Virus record (IMG/VR): IMGVR_UViG_3300014613_004232
Location: 1-64,000 of that record
Length of the DNA stretch: 64,000 nucleotides
Direction: 5' to 3' (one strand)
Origin: a virus
Positions within the stretch are counted from its first letter, which is position 1. Every line of letters starts with the position of its first letter. The notes under the pieces were generated by a model that had not been told where the DNA came from, ran no database searches, and saw nothing but the letters and a program-made list of their open reading frames with translations. Positions 36,673-46,434 of this stretch are shown piece by piece. The translations under genes were made by a program, and so were the position numbers.

Positions 36673-38482
36673 AGGTCTTCAGGGTCTCGTTCATCAGTTG
36701 ACGTTCGGTTGGGCGGCCGTTCTTGATCCAGTCGAAGATGCGCGCCCGGACCTCATCCAGATCACCCACGACCTGGCAGCGGGCAACGGCGTTGTTGCCG
36801 ACAAAGCCCGGACCATCCGCGATCGACACCTGGAAGATCACATGGCCCTTCTTTGGCCTGGTCCTGTCAAAGCCAGAGGTGTACTCGGTCACCTTGGCCG
36901 CCTGGTAGACGAGGTAAACCGTCGTGCCATCAATGTGAGCGCCGACGTAGGACTGCACGCTGTAGATCCTCTTGTACCCGCCTTCGATCCGCTCCATGGC
37001 AACCGGGTTGACCGAAGGCATGTCGGGCCGCAGGGTGATCCTGCTGGCCACTTCCTTGATGAGAACGGCCCGGGCGTCAGCCTGCGCCTCCATGAACTCT
37101 GCCTGCACGGTGGCGTTCTTCTCGCGCACGTCATGGATGAGCTTCATCAGCTTGTTCGCAGGCGTCTTCATGACGCCTTCGAGCAACTTGAAGATCTCCG
37201 GATCCTGCGCCATCCGCTGGCCGAGCAGCAGCGGATCGCTCAGCGACTCCATGGCCATGGACATCACCTCGGTGGCGTCCGGGTAGAACTTGCCCACGTA
37301 GTGGCTGAAGAAGTGGTCCCGATAGGCCTTCTCACTCGACCGGTACCCATTGTTTCCGGTCAGCGAGCGAAGGGTGTGCAGCCCCGAACCGTCGGAGCGC
37401 TTGTTGAGGAAGGCCTTCGCCGCCCACAGTATGCTCGGGTCGGACTCCAGGTGATGGCCCAACTCGTGCCACAGGGTGCGCTTGTCGAAGTCTGCGTCGA
37501 TGTTGATCACTGCACTGCCGTGGCCGTGGACGCCCGTGGCGTTGGCGCGCCTCGACCCGTTGGTGCTGATCTGCACCGCCCCCAGTCGACCGGCGCTGAG
37601 CCGATAGAACTCCGCCATGTCAGCCCTGACCTGCTCCACCGGGTAGCCGCCCTTCTTCATCCGAGTGGCAGCCGCCTTGGAAATCTCCTGCTTGGCGGCC
37701 CAGTCCACCGCCTGTTGCTCGGAGACAGGAGACCATTCCTTGAAGGCTGAGATGACCGAGTTGCCCGCTTCCCGCAAGGTAGCCCCGGCGCGGGCCAGCG
37801 CCACCTGACGCTTGCCGGCGGCCAGGGTTCGGCGGTCTTTGAACTCGTCGACAAGCTGCTGGTGAGCGTCGTAATACTCGTCGTAGGTGGAGCCACCGGG
37901 CTTGCCAGGGTTGAGGCGGTTTCGCAGTTCCTCAAAGGCGTGCTTCTGCTCGTCGTTGAGCTCAGCCATCACCTGGTTCTCTGCCGAGGTGGCCTGCTCA
38001 TAGGCCTCCGCTCCCTGCGTCAGCGACTCGCGGAGGGTGTCCACGACCGTCGAGGCGCCCGCAAATCGGGCCAGTTGGGCATCAGGGAAGCCCATCGGCA
38101 CATTGGGGATCGACAGTTGGGAGACCGCCCGCGAAACCGTGTTTCCGTCGAGCTTCGCCGTGCTCGCCACCGATTCGACGTAACGCAAGACGGGCCTGAG
38201 GATGAGTTTGTCCTCAGCCACCTGCACTTCGTCAGCACCGGACTCAGCCAGGGCGTGAAAGTGCTCCGTCGCCCGCTTGATCGCGTCAAGCGGATCCATG
38301 ACGTCGATGTCCTCCGCGCCGGCCGCGCGCAGCCCCAGAAGAGCAGCGCGAACCGCGGAGACGCGCTTGGTGGCCACGATCAGGTGTCCGGCGTTGTCGG
38401 CCCGCCTGGCCTCGCCTTGGGCCTCCCGTGCGGATTGGAGGTCCCTTGCGAGACCGAGTCGGGTGAGAACAGGCGCGCTCAT
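36656..38482 (-). CDS. ddrB: DdrB-like protein with zincin metallopeptidase motif
   Basis: FDKRTLWHELGHHLE...YVGKFY...TEVMSM; follows darA. Confidence 0.75.
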   Translation of the reverse strand: MSAPVLTRLGLARDLQSAREAQGEARRADNAGHLIVATKRVSAVRAALLGLRAAGAEDIDVMDPLDAIKRATEHFHALAESGADEVQVAEDKLILRPVLRYVESVASTAKLDGNTVSRAVSQLSIPNVPMGFPDAQLARFAGASTVVDTLRESLTQGAEAYEQATSAENQVMAELNDEQKHAFEELRNRLNPGKPGGSTYDEYYDAHQQLVDEFKDRRTLAAGKRQVALARAGATLREAGNSVISAFKEWSPVSEQQAVDWAAKQEISKAAATRMKKGGYPVEQVRADMAEFYRLSAGRLGAVQISTNGSRRANATGVHGHGSAVINIDADFDKRTLWHELGHHLESDPSILWAAKAFLNKRSDGSGLHTLRSLTGNNGYRSSEKAYRDHFFSHYVGKFYPDATEVMSMAMESLSDPLLLGQRMAQDPEIFKLLEGVMKTPANKLMKLIHDVREKNATVQAEFMEAQADARAVLIKEVASRITLRPDMPSVNPVAMERIEGGYKRIYSVQSYVGAHIDGTTVYLVYQAAKVTEYTSGFDRTRPKKGHVIFQVSIADGPGFVGNNAVARCQVVGDLDEVRARIFDWIKNGRPTERQLMNETLKTYAQQP

Positions 38483-41400
38483 CAGCCGTTCACCTTCTCG
38501 TCAAGGTTGGCCCAGTAGGTGATGGCGTCCTGAGCCAGTTGCTCGACTTCACCGGTCAGCAGACCCGCATCGTTCAGGGCGTTCACGCAGGCCTCGATGG
38601 TCGCCAGGGTCAGGGACAGGTGGGCGGAATCGCTCTCCCCGGCCAGGATCGAGCGCAGTACGGCCACATTGCCGTCCTCGACCGCTGGGGTGGGCTCCGG
38701 CGCGGGCCCGGGTGTCGGCTCCAGCAACCACTTGACCAGGTACTCCGGATCGGAGCCGCGCGGCGCCGGGGCGCCGTTGGGGTCCTTGACGCGCTCACCG
38801 CCCAGGTCACCGACGTAGATGATGGCCTTGCCGTCGCCGGCGATTGTCGCCACGCCGGCCTGCACGCCGTCTTTGAAGATTCGCCCCACGGCGGCCAGCT
38901 TGGCGCCGGTCTCCAGCCGGTCGAGCGCTGCCGTCGCACCGCCCACCCCCTCCTCGGGGACTGAGTCGACCGAGTCGAACGCGGCGACTTCTTCCACATC
39001 CCAGGAGACGGATGCGCCGCGCGCCTTGGCGGCTTCGTCGATGGCCTTGGCCGTCGCGAACATGCTGTAGTCCGGATCGGCGACCGTCTCGGCGATGTAC
39101 TGCTTGAAGCGATCGGTCGCCTGGCCGAAGCGGTAGGCCTCGTCCACCTTCTGGGCAGGCGTGAGCTCGCCGGCGGTCTCGGCGACCTCTTCCTGGTCGG
39201 CCAGGTCATCGACTTCCTGACCGTCCGCGCCCATGACCTTGAGCACGTAGAAGTTCAGCACTTCAACGCCGGCCAGGACCCCAGCATCGTCCAGGGCCAC
39301 CTCGTGTTTGACGGCGGATCCGTCCTGTGCCACACTTTGGCCGTCTCCAGCCGATTCGTCGGCGGAGTCCAAGGCCGGATCGGTCGGGCTTTCTCCCGAC
39401 TTAACGATCCGGCTTTGTTTTTTGGCGAGCAAGGCGGACGGCGAATCGGACAGGTTGTACATGAAGCGGCCGTGCTCCATCTCGGCCAGGCTGACACCCA
39501 CTTCCACCGACAGCCCGCCTACGCTCACCCAACCCACCAGGTGGTGGAAGGCGCTGGCGCTGTCAGGGCGTGTTTTGTCGGTGGACTCCGTCCCGACGTG
39601 GTACCCCTTGCGCAGCAGATTCGGGATTGCAGCCAGCAACTTGACCCGCAACAGGTTGTAGGTCAGACCGCGCTTGACCTTGCCCCAGGACACACTGCCG
39701 TTGACCTTGATGTCGCCGATTGAGGTGTGCTTGTAGGTGTTGCCCTGCAATTCGCTGCGGAAATACTCTCGCGCGGCGTCGAAGACCTGCTTGTGCGCCG
39801 GGATCGGCTCGCCATCGTCATCGGTGGGGCGAATGCGGGAAAGCACCTCGGTACCGTCCAGTGTGGCGAGGACGGTGGTGGGCACGCCAGCCAGGGGGTT
39901 GTTCGGGTCGGGCAAGGCCGAGACAGGCTGCACCTCGGTGGCTTCACCCACCACTTCGCCCGGAACAACGATCGGATCTGGCTTGGATGCCTCGGCGTTC
40001 TCCTTGCGTTCGGTCCAGCCGGCGATCCACTGCTGAGCCTCTTCTTCGCTGAGCCCGGCCGGGGGGATCTCCGACTCTCCCCGATGCCATGCCTTCTGGC
40101 CTTGCGTGAAGGGGTCGAACTTGGAGCGCGCCAGAGTCATCGCCTCGGGGCCCACGATTCCCTCGACCAGCATGCCGAGGTCAAGCGCCTCGCGCGTCGA
40201 GAGGTCGAACTCAGCCATCATCTTCGCGCGGCGGTCGGAATAGGCGGCGTAGCCCTCGCTCGTCAGCACCTGGGCCAGTTCCTGGGCCATGGATTGAGGG
40301 TTCTTCTCACCCTCGGACGCGGCCGGGACAACAGGGGCGATGATGGCCGGCACCGCGGCGCCAGGTCCGAAGACTTCGTGGAGTTTCCGGGGGTAGACGA
40401 TCGGGTACTTCGAGCCCCCGTCCGACACACGGAAGCCAGCCGCAGCCCCGAGAGACGCCCGAATGGCGTTTCGAGAAACCCCCATGTAGTCCACGAGGAA
40501 CTGACCTACGGCGGACTGATCCACGTAGGCGTGCTGAGGCTGCAGTCCGAAGAGGTCGCGCAACTCAACATCGGTCGGTTGCACGCCCTGTTTCAGCTTC
40601 TCGGCCACGGCCTTCGCAAGCGCATCGCGCTGCAGGGCAAGCTCGGCGCCATCGGCTGCTTGCTTCAGGAATAGCGCCAACGAGGCGGCGGCCTCATCGA
40701 TCGAATCGGCCAGATTGCCCTGGTTGCCCTGCGCCCTCGCGATCCACTTGCCTGAACCCAGGGAACCTTTGCCAGGCAAGATTTCGGTGTCAGCCGGCAG
40801 CCCGTGCTTATCGATCGCAGCGCTCATCTCGGCGGCGTTCGCGTCCGCACCAGATTGAGGGGGGACAGGGGTGATCTCGCCATCGCCCTTGGCGATCCGG
40901 GCCACCTCAACGTCGTCCTTGAGTTTCGCGAGCTCGGCCTCCAGGACTGGGATCTCGGCGTCGATCGCGGCATGCTGGGCGGCCAGGTCGGCCGCGCGGG
41001 CGTTCGCGCGCTTGAAGGCCTCGGAGTTCTTGTCGGCCAACTTCATCACGCGGCGGGCCACCTCGCGGGCGGGGATGTCGCGGCCACGCTCAGGGGCGGC
41101 CCAGATGGTGATGTCCTTCTTGTTGAGCATCCACTTCCAGGACACCAGTTCGTCCATGGGGGTGAGCTTGGCGGGCGTGGTGTCGGGGTTGTGGAACCAC
41201 ACGGTGACCGCCTGGCCGTCGTTCATGGCGAAGACCACGGCAATCTGCATGGTGCCCCGCATCTTCACGGGGTCGGCGATGGTGAAGTCCACAGGCTGCA
41301 CGACCGCGGCCGAGGCCTTCATGACGTTGAGCAACTGCTCCATCTTGCGCTGCAGCATGCCGACCTCGACCACCATGGCATCCATGACTGCGCGGCCCTC

Positions 41401-42099
41401 GATGTCGGGGTCGGTCATCAAGTCGTCGACGGTGCAGGCGTCCAGCAGCAGCCCTCCGTCGTCGGCCAGCCGCATGTCGTAGATCAGGCGGGACAAGGGC
41501 TTGCTGGTGGGCAGGGCGTCAGCGCCCCATGCGACTTGATCCATGGTTTTTTCACCTTCGTGGGGGAGTTGGTCAGGGGTGATGGCCACGGCCTTGTTGC
41601 CATGGCGCAGCCACCACTTGAGTTGATCGATCGACAGGGGGACGATGGAGCGCAGGCCGCGCCAGCCCTTGTCGTAGGAGTGCAGGTAGCCGTCTCGGGC
41701 CTGGGCTTCAGTCGCGAAGCCGACCATGACCTTGTGCTCGTCAAAGCCGCCCTTGGCGTCGCCCTGGTTGATCACCCAGGCGCGCGTCGACTCGGGGAAC
41801 GGCCCCAGGAAGATGTCGACCGCGTCGCCGTCGGCGCCTCGGGTGCCGGCGATGTAGCCGTAGTGGGCGGCCATGCGGTTTGACCAGGTCTTGCCATCCG
41901 GGCTTGTGCCGCTGCGCACGCTTCCGCGCACGTTCTCGACGCGAACGTCCAGGCCCTGAATTCGGGCACGCCCCATCTTGTAGTTCCCGGCGACCGACTG
42001 GGCCGGAGTTGGCAGCGGTCGGCAGTTGTTGCCGGTGGCGGCTTCATTGGCGGCCCGCTCCAGTTCGGAGAAGGCGCAGGGCGTCGTGTGTTTGTGCAT
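38482..42099 (-). CDS. darA: DarA-like polyvalent antirestriction protein (InPase-like + DarA_N + Rmf-like + LPD3-like + DarA_C)
   Basis: GNYK.G...HYGYI..T.GADGD.VD.F.GP...FDEHKVM.GF (InPase); DGQ.VTVWFHNPD.TP...WKWMLNKKDIT (DarA_N); C-terminal DarA_C helices. Confidence 0.85.
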   Translation of the reverse strand: MHKHTTPCAFSELERAANEAATGNNCRPLPTPAQSVAGNYKMGRARIQGLDVRVENVRGSVRSGTSPDGKTWSNRMAAHYGYIAGTRGADGDAVDIFLGPFPESTRAWVINQGDAKGGFDEHKVMVGFATEAQARDGYLHSYDKGWRGLRSIVPLSIDQLKWWLRHGNKAVAITPDQLPHEGEKTMDQVAWGADALPTSKPLSRLIYDMRLADDGGLLLDACTVDDLMTDPDIEGRAVMDAMVVEVGMLQRKMEQLLNVMKASAAVVQPVDFTIADPVKMRGTMQIAVVFAMNDGQAVTVWFHNPDTTPAKLTPMDELVSWKWMLNKKDITIWAAPERGRDIPAREVARRVMKLADKNSEAFKRANARAADLAAQHAAIDAEIPVLEAELAKLKDDVEVARIAKGDGEITPVPPQSGADANAAEMSAAIDKHGLPADTEILPGKGSLGSGKWIARAQGNQGNLADSIDEAAASLALFLKQAADGAELALQRDALAKAVAEKLKQGVQPTDVELRDLFGLQPQHAYVDQSAVGQFLVDYMGVSRNAIRASLGAAAGFRVSDGGSKYPIVYPRKLHEVFGPGAAVPAIIAPVVPAASEGEKNPQSMAQELAQVLTSEGYAAYSDRRAKMMAEFDLSTREALDLGMLVEGIVGPEAMTLARSKFDPFTQGQKAWHRGESEIPPAGLSEEEAQQWIAGWTERKENAEASKPDPIVVPGEVVGEATEVQPVSALPDPNNPLAGVPTTVLATLDGTEVLSRIRPTDDDGEPIPAHKQVFDAAREYFRSELQGNTYKHTSIGDIKVNGSVSWGKVKRGLTYNLLRVKLLAAIPNLLRKGYHVGTESTDKTRPDSASAFHHLVGWVSVGGLSVEVGVSLAEMEHGRFMYNLSDSPSALLAKKQSRIVKSGESPTDPALDSADESAGDGQSVAQDGSAVKHEVALDDAGVLAGVEVLNFYVLKVMGADGQEVDDLADQEEVAETAGELTPAQKVDEAYRFGQATDRFKQYIAETVADPDYSMFATAKAIDEAAKARGASVSWDVEEVAAFDSVDSVPEEGVGGATAALDRLETGAKLAAVGRIFKDGVQAGVATIAGDGKAIIYVGDLGGERVKDPNGAPAPRGSDPEYLVKWLLEPTPGPAPEPTPAVEDGNVAVLRSILAGESDSAHLSLTLATIEACVNALNDAGLLTGEVEQLAQDAITYWANLDEKVNG

Positions 42100-42122
42100 G
42101 GCGGGCGCTTTTGTGCCCGCGC

Positions 42123-42163
42123 ATGATCTTGTCGGCCGCCGGCGCCCTACCCGCCTCTTTTCC
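42123..42163 (-). promoter_or_regulatory. Late-promoter motif (darA-ddrB)
   Basis: GGAAAA-N29-GATCAT. Confidence 0.75.
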
Positions 42164-42165
42164 GA

Positions 42166-42350
42166 TTACGGCGACCCGATCGCCTTGATGCGAGAGACAG
42201 CCTCGCTGAAGATGCTCTCGGCCGCGGCGTCATCGACTGCCTCCTGAATTCGGTACTTGGCGGTCAGGCGGATCCGGGCGATTTCCGAAAACCCGCTACG
42301 GTCAATCGCTGCGGGCAATGCCGCACTCAAGCCGATCGCAAGGACAACTC
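42166..42350 (-). pseudogene. 3' remnant of a tail-fibre assembly-like gene
   Basis: IRLTAKYRIQEAVDDAAAESIFSEAVSRIKAIG resembles fibre-chaperone C-termini; no convincing start of its own. Confidence 0.4.
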
Positions 42351-42356
42351 GTCCGG

Positions 42357-44807
42357 CTACAGCCTGTTGTCCCGGGCGACATATCCAACCGGTGCCGCCG
42401 TCACGTTTTGACTTATCGGCATGGCAATGCCCGGAAACTTGCAATCGACAATCGCGAGGGCAGAGACCCGGTACGGCGAGATTGCCGCAGCCCCCACGCC
42501 AACATGGTTGTCCGTGTTTGGCGCTGGCGTGAATGTCAGGTCAACCAACTTTGCCGTGTTGTTGGCCACCTCGATGTTCCCTAGGCCGACCACGGTGGCG
42601 TTGCCGAGACCGACCAATTCGCCAGTCAACTTTCGCAGTCCGAACGACGAATCCCCGTAGACGCGCCGGATGTAGTAGTAGCCGTCAAGCGTGCCGGTGC
42701 TCAGCACGTTGTTGTAGATGCGGACAATCTGCCCCGCCTTCCAGTTGCCGTGCGCAACCTGAAACACCGAGTTCTCTGATCCGGAGATGGCAGCGATGTT
42801 TCGGGGGTGTAGGGAGTTTCCGTTGACGGGGAACGAGACACCCGATACGCCAGGCGGAATGTTTTCGATTGCCCCGGTAACAAGGGTGTCGGCTGAGTTT
42901 GAAAGCATCACGGGAGACATGCTTGCGTTGAACTCAGGCCCGCACACCATCCTGCAAGCAATCGTGTTCCCCTTCGACAACTGAATTGCCGAGTCGTTTG
43001 AAACAAGTCCCCCTCCGGCAGGCACCAGCGGGAAGTAGCTTCGCAGCGTGATGCCCTCGCTGTCGGAGATCCAGAAGGAACGAAAGCGCGTTGCGGCTCC
43101 CGTTGTATCGTTGATCCTGATGTGACCGGTGATTTCAGCGCTCTTCCCAGCCACCGATTTGACGCCGTATGCGTTCACGCCGTCATGCTGCATGAATAGC
43201 TGCAAGGTGCAGCCGGCACCAGACCCACCGGTGGGCGAATTCGGGGTTGCAGGCAATACGCTGTACTCGCCTTCGTCCAGCCGGCGAACCGCTTGGACAG
43301 CCCCATTGGCGTCTACCTGGGTCACGAGAAACTTCGCTTGACGCACGTATGTGCCACCAGCCGGGTTGATCTCGTCGCCAACGGCGTAGCCGACTCCAGA
43401 TCCGACAGCGACGAGGAGGCCGGTTGTCCACGGGTTGTAGCCCGTCGTGTTCAGTGGAGCGCTATCGCGATATGCAATGTCGCTAAGCTGGAACGTGTTG
43501 GCCGTCAGGTTCGCAGGCATGACCTGATAGAACCCGTTGAGTGCGTTCATGCCACCGATCGCAGGAATCAGGTGCACGACCTTGCCGGCAGTCAGCCCGT
43601 GATTGTTCAGCGTGACCACGGCAGCGGCGGCCTGGGTAACAGCAGTCGGGCTGCCAACAATGACACCGGACACAGCATCCCAGACTGCATTGCCCGCAGT
43701 GCCGACTTCAAGGTCAGCGTGGATGCGAATAGCTCGAAGATCGTCTGGGTTGCGGAAGCCAGCAGCTGCATGAGAGAAGATCGACACACCACCGTTTCTA
43801 AGCAAGCCAGACTTGCCGGACACCTGCACGTCGACGTTCTGCACGCGCCCGGTCTTGGTGTAGTTTTCCGGTGCGCCTGAGAACGCTTTTGTGACCGGCG
43901 TGTAGACCTTGATCGCAGCGCCACGCGCGGAAACGCAAGTGATGTTGCGGGCAATGAAGTAATCAAGCCCCTGGTCGTCCATGTACAGAGCTGACCGAAC
44001 GCGGTCGTCACCGGCCGCAAGCGCGTCGTCTCCCGCCTCGATGTACCAGTTGTCCCAAACGCAGCCACCGTACTGCCAGTGGGCTCCGTCCTGGTACAAG
44101 CCGGCCTGGCCAAGGATCCGGCCGTTGAGCATGCGAGCGTAGCCGCCGCCGCGCGTGGCCCAGTTTCGCGACCACTGCGATGTGATCAGCGTCAGGCCGT
44201 CAGCCACGAAGTTGCGGACGTTGTAAAGATCCAGGACGGCAAGCGTGTCCTGGTTGTTGGCGTCCAGAACCCCGTTGCGCACAGTGATATTGTCGGCATT
44301 GCCGTACCAGGTGTTGCCAGTCTTCTTGAGCTCAGCACACAGGATTGAGCCGCGCGCTGTGAGCGCGCCAGCCCCGCTATAGTCGGCATTGCGGATCTTT
44401 TTCAGCGTGGAGCCGTTTAGATCAATGTCAATGTTTGAACGGACAAATAGGCCATCAACTAAGTACGTACCGTTGACTGGAAGCACAACCTTCAACTGAC
44501 GCTTTGCTACCCTCGCAGAAGCCGACATATCGTCGATGAACTCTTGCAGGATCGCCGTATCGTTTCCTCCGGACTCTGCGGGCCCCATATACGGGCCATA
44601 GTTGTTCCCTCCGACGCCTGGCTGGTTGGGCCGGAAGTCCTCCATGATGACCAATGGCGTTGCGCGGATCAAGCGCCCATCTTCATCGATGTAGTCCGTT
44701 TTCGATCCGGCCGTCTGAGACTGGAGCGTGCGATCGCCGATGATCACAACCGGGACTGCTGTGATTTCCTGTCCATCGACGTCGACATATTGAATGAGGC
44801 TGCTCAT
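42357..44807 (-). CDS. Tailspike/depolymerase (pectate-lyase-like beta-helix with FCCH-like inserted domains)
   Basis: NDTAILQEFID...GTYLV beta-helix cap; DGAH..IEAGDDALA; VVTL.NHGL.AG..V...GGM..LNG.Y domain; lower GC. Confidence 0.8.
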   Translation of the reverse strand: MSSLIQYVDVDGQEITAVPVVIIGDRTLQSQTAGSKTDYIDEDGRLIRATPLVIMEDFRPNQPGVGGNNYGPYMGPAESGGNDTAILQEFIDDMSASARVAKRQLKVVLPVNGTYLVDGLFVRSNIDIDLNGSTLKKIRNADYSGAGALTARGSILCAELKKTGNTWYGNADNITVRNGVLDANNQDTLAVLDLYNVRNFVADGLTLITSQWSRNWATRGGGYARMLNGRILGQAGLYQDGAHWQYGGCVWDNWYIEAGDDALAAGDDRVRSALYMDDQGLDYFIARNITCVSARGAAIKVYTPVTKAFSGAPENYTKTGRVQNVDVQVSGKSGLLRNGGVSIFSHAAAGFRNPDDLRAIRIHADLEVGTAGNAVWDAVSGVIVGSPTAVTQAAAAVVTLNNHGLTAGKVVHLIPAIGGMNALNGFYQVMPANLTANTFQLSDIAYRDSAPLNTTGYNPWTTGLLVAVGSGVGYAVGDEINPAGGTYVRQAKFLVTQVDANGAVQAVRRLDEGEYSVLPATPNSPTGGSGAGCTLQLFMQHDGVNAYGVKSVAGKSAEITGHIRINDTTGAATRFRSFWISDSEGITLRSYFPLVPAGGGLVSNDSAIQLSKGNTIACRMVCGPEFNASMSPVMLSNSADTLVTGAIENIPPGVSGVSFPVNGNSLHPRNIAAISGSENSVFQVAHGNWKAGQIVRIYNNVLSTGTLDGYYYIRRVYGDSSFGLRKLTGELVGLGNATVVGLGNIEVANNTAKLVDLTFTPAPNTDNHVGVGAAAISPYRVSALAIVDCKFPGIAMPISQNVTAAPVGYVARDNRL

Positions 44808-44832
44808 GGCATGGGAGGCTAGTTGCCACGCC

Positions 44833-44872
44833 AGTCTGCAATCTCAGTTTCCACGAGAACCTCTCGGTTTCC
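44833..44872 (-). promoter_or_regulatory. Late-promoter motif (tailspike)
   Basis: GGAAAC-N28-CAGACT. Confidence 0.7.
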
Positions 44873-44885
44873 GAAATCATCAACC

Positions 44886-45401
44886 TCAACTTGGTAGGAT
44901 CGGCTCAAGCGCGTGCAGATCGTCGCGAGGCTGCAGGAGGTACTTCCGGGTGTAGGGCGGGATGAGCACGTTGCCCACCACGTCCTCAACCGTGAAGGCC
45001 ATCACCACGCCCAAACCCACCTTGAGGGCGATGAGGTCCTGGTTGTCCGGCTCGAAGAACTCAGGCGTGCCCGGCTTTGCAAGGCATGCAATCTGGGCCT
45101 CCTGCATGGCCGCCTCCGGGGCGTTGTCCCGGTCGTTGATCGATGCCGGCTGCTGGATGCCAGCGAAAAGCAGTTTCGCCTCTCCGACCAGCACGTAGTC
45201 GAACTCGGCTTCGTCCTCGTTCTTGAGCACGCCCATGCCGCCCAGCGTCGGCGCTCCGCCCATCTCACTCGCGCCGCCACCTGGTGCGGGCTCGGTGCGA
45301 AGCACCCGCTTTCGGTAGACGTCGCAACCCATGGCGTTCGGGTGGTTGAGCACCACCTGCCGGATGTTGTGGCTGGCGCCGAGTGGCACGTTCGTGAGCA
45401 T
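44886..45401 (-). CDS. Putative head-tail joining/neck protein
   Basis: Structural operon context; GGAGG SD. Confidence 0.5.
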   Translation of the reverse strand: MLTNVPLGASHNIRQVVLNHPNAMGCDVYRKRVLRTEPAPGGGASEMGGAPTLGGMGVLKNEDEAEFDYVLVGEAKLLFAGIQQPASINDRDNAPEAAMQEAQIACLAKPGTPEFFEPDNQDLIALKVGLGVVMAFTVEDVVGNVLIPPYTRKYLLQPRDDLHALEPILPS

Positions 45402-45411
45402 GATTCCTCCT

Positions 45412-46434
45412 TCAGGGTTTGACCTTGGCGAGCATCGCCGCCAGTTGCTTCTGAGACAGCAACCCCATGGCGGCCAGCTTCTTGGCGTTGGCCTCGAAGT
45501 CCCGGCGGGCGCGCGCCAACTTGGCAGGGTTGATGTTGGCCGCCCCGGCCTTGGTCGACGTCGCCTGGATGGCCTTGGCCCGTGCCAGGCGCTGCGCCCG
45601 CTCGGTGGAGCTCTCCACTTGGTTGCGCTTCCAGTTTGCCTCCTTGGACTGCCGGTCGGCGATTTCCTGGGCCTCCTTGAGGCTCAAGACTTTTGCTTTA
45701 CGTTGGACCTCCCCCCGTCCCTTCTCGATCCAGTCGGCCAGCCGGATGCGAACCGCCGGCGAGCTCAGCGTCTGCATGACCCGCAGCACGTGCTTGCAGG
45801 CCACCCCTACCAGGTGTGGATTCCGCTCCTTGGGATAGCCCGTCTCGTCTCGGCCGGCGTTGAACTTGCCGATGGTGGCGATGTAGCGGAAGAAGTAGGT
45901 GTGCCGGCCGCAGTCGCAGTCGAACTTCAGCGGCCCGGTGGCCACGAACTTCGCCATGTCGGCCGGCTTGGAAGGGCTGGAGATGGCCGCGGACCAGTTG
46001 AGGAGGTCGACCTTCACGTGGTGTCGGGTGACCTCGCTCTCCGGCCCGGCATTGGTGACGAAGTGGATCAGCCCGCCCAAAGACTGCAGGGGCACAGCCG
46101 TGCGGATCTGCACGTTCGCCCTGTCGCGGTCACCTGGCAGCGAGTGATCGATCACCGACTTCGCCGTGATCCCGCCCTTGAACTGCTTGCCAGCCGTCTT
46201 GACGTTCGCCCTGAAGGTGCGCAGGTCCTCCAGAGTGATGTTTCGGACCTGACCGCCCAGGGTGGTCTGGAGCATGCGCCCGGCGTCGTACTCCCCCGAC
46301 ACCTCGGCCGGGTTGAGGATCGTGGCCGCCCGCTCCCGCCTGGCGACGTCGCCCAGGTAGCGCCCGCGCGCCTCCTTGTTGGCGCCGCGAAGGTTCTTCA
46401 GGGCCGCCGGCGAGGCCTTAGATTTCGTTGGCAT
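45412..46434 (-). CDS. P1-like tail-region protein with SWIM-type Zn finger
   Basis: FDCDCGRHTYFFRY...GVACKH motif. Confidence 0.65.
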   Translation of the reverse strand: MPTKSKASPAALKNLRGANKEARGRYLGDVARRERAATILNPAEVSGEYDAGRMLQTTLGGQVRNITLEDLRTFRANVKTAGKQFKGGITAKSVIDHSLPGDRDRANVQIRTAVPLQSLGGLIHFVTNAGPESEVTRHHVKVDLLNWSAAISSPSKPADMAKFVATGPLKFDCDCGRHTYFFRYIATIGKFNAGRDETGYPKERNPHLVGVACKHVLRVMQTLSSPAVRIRLADWIEKGRGEVQRKAKVLSLKEAQEIADRQSKEANWKRNQVESSTERAQRLARAKAIQATSTKAGAANINPAKLARARRDFEANAKKLAAMGLLSQKQLAAMLAKVKP

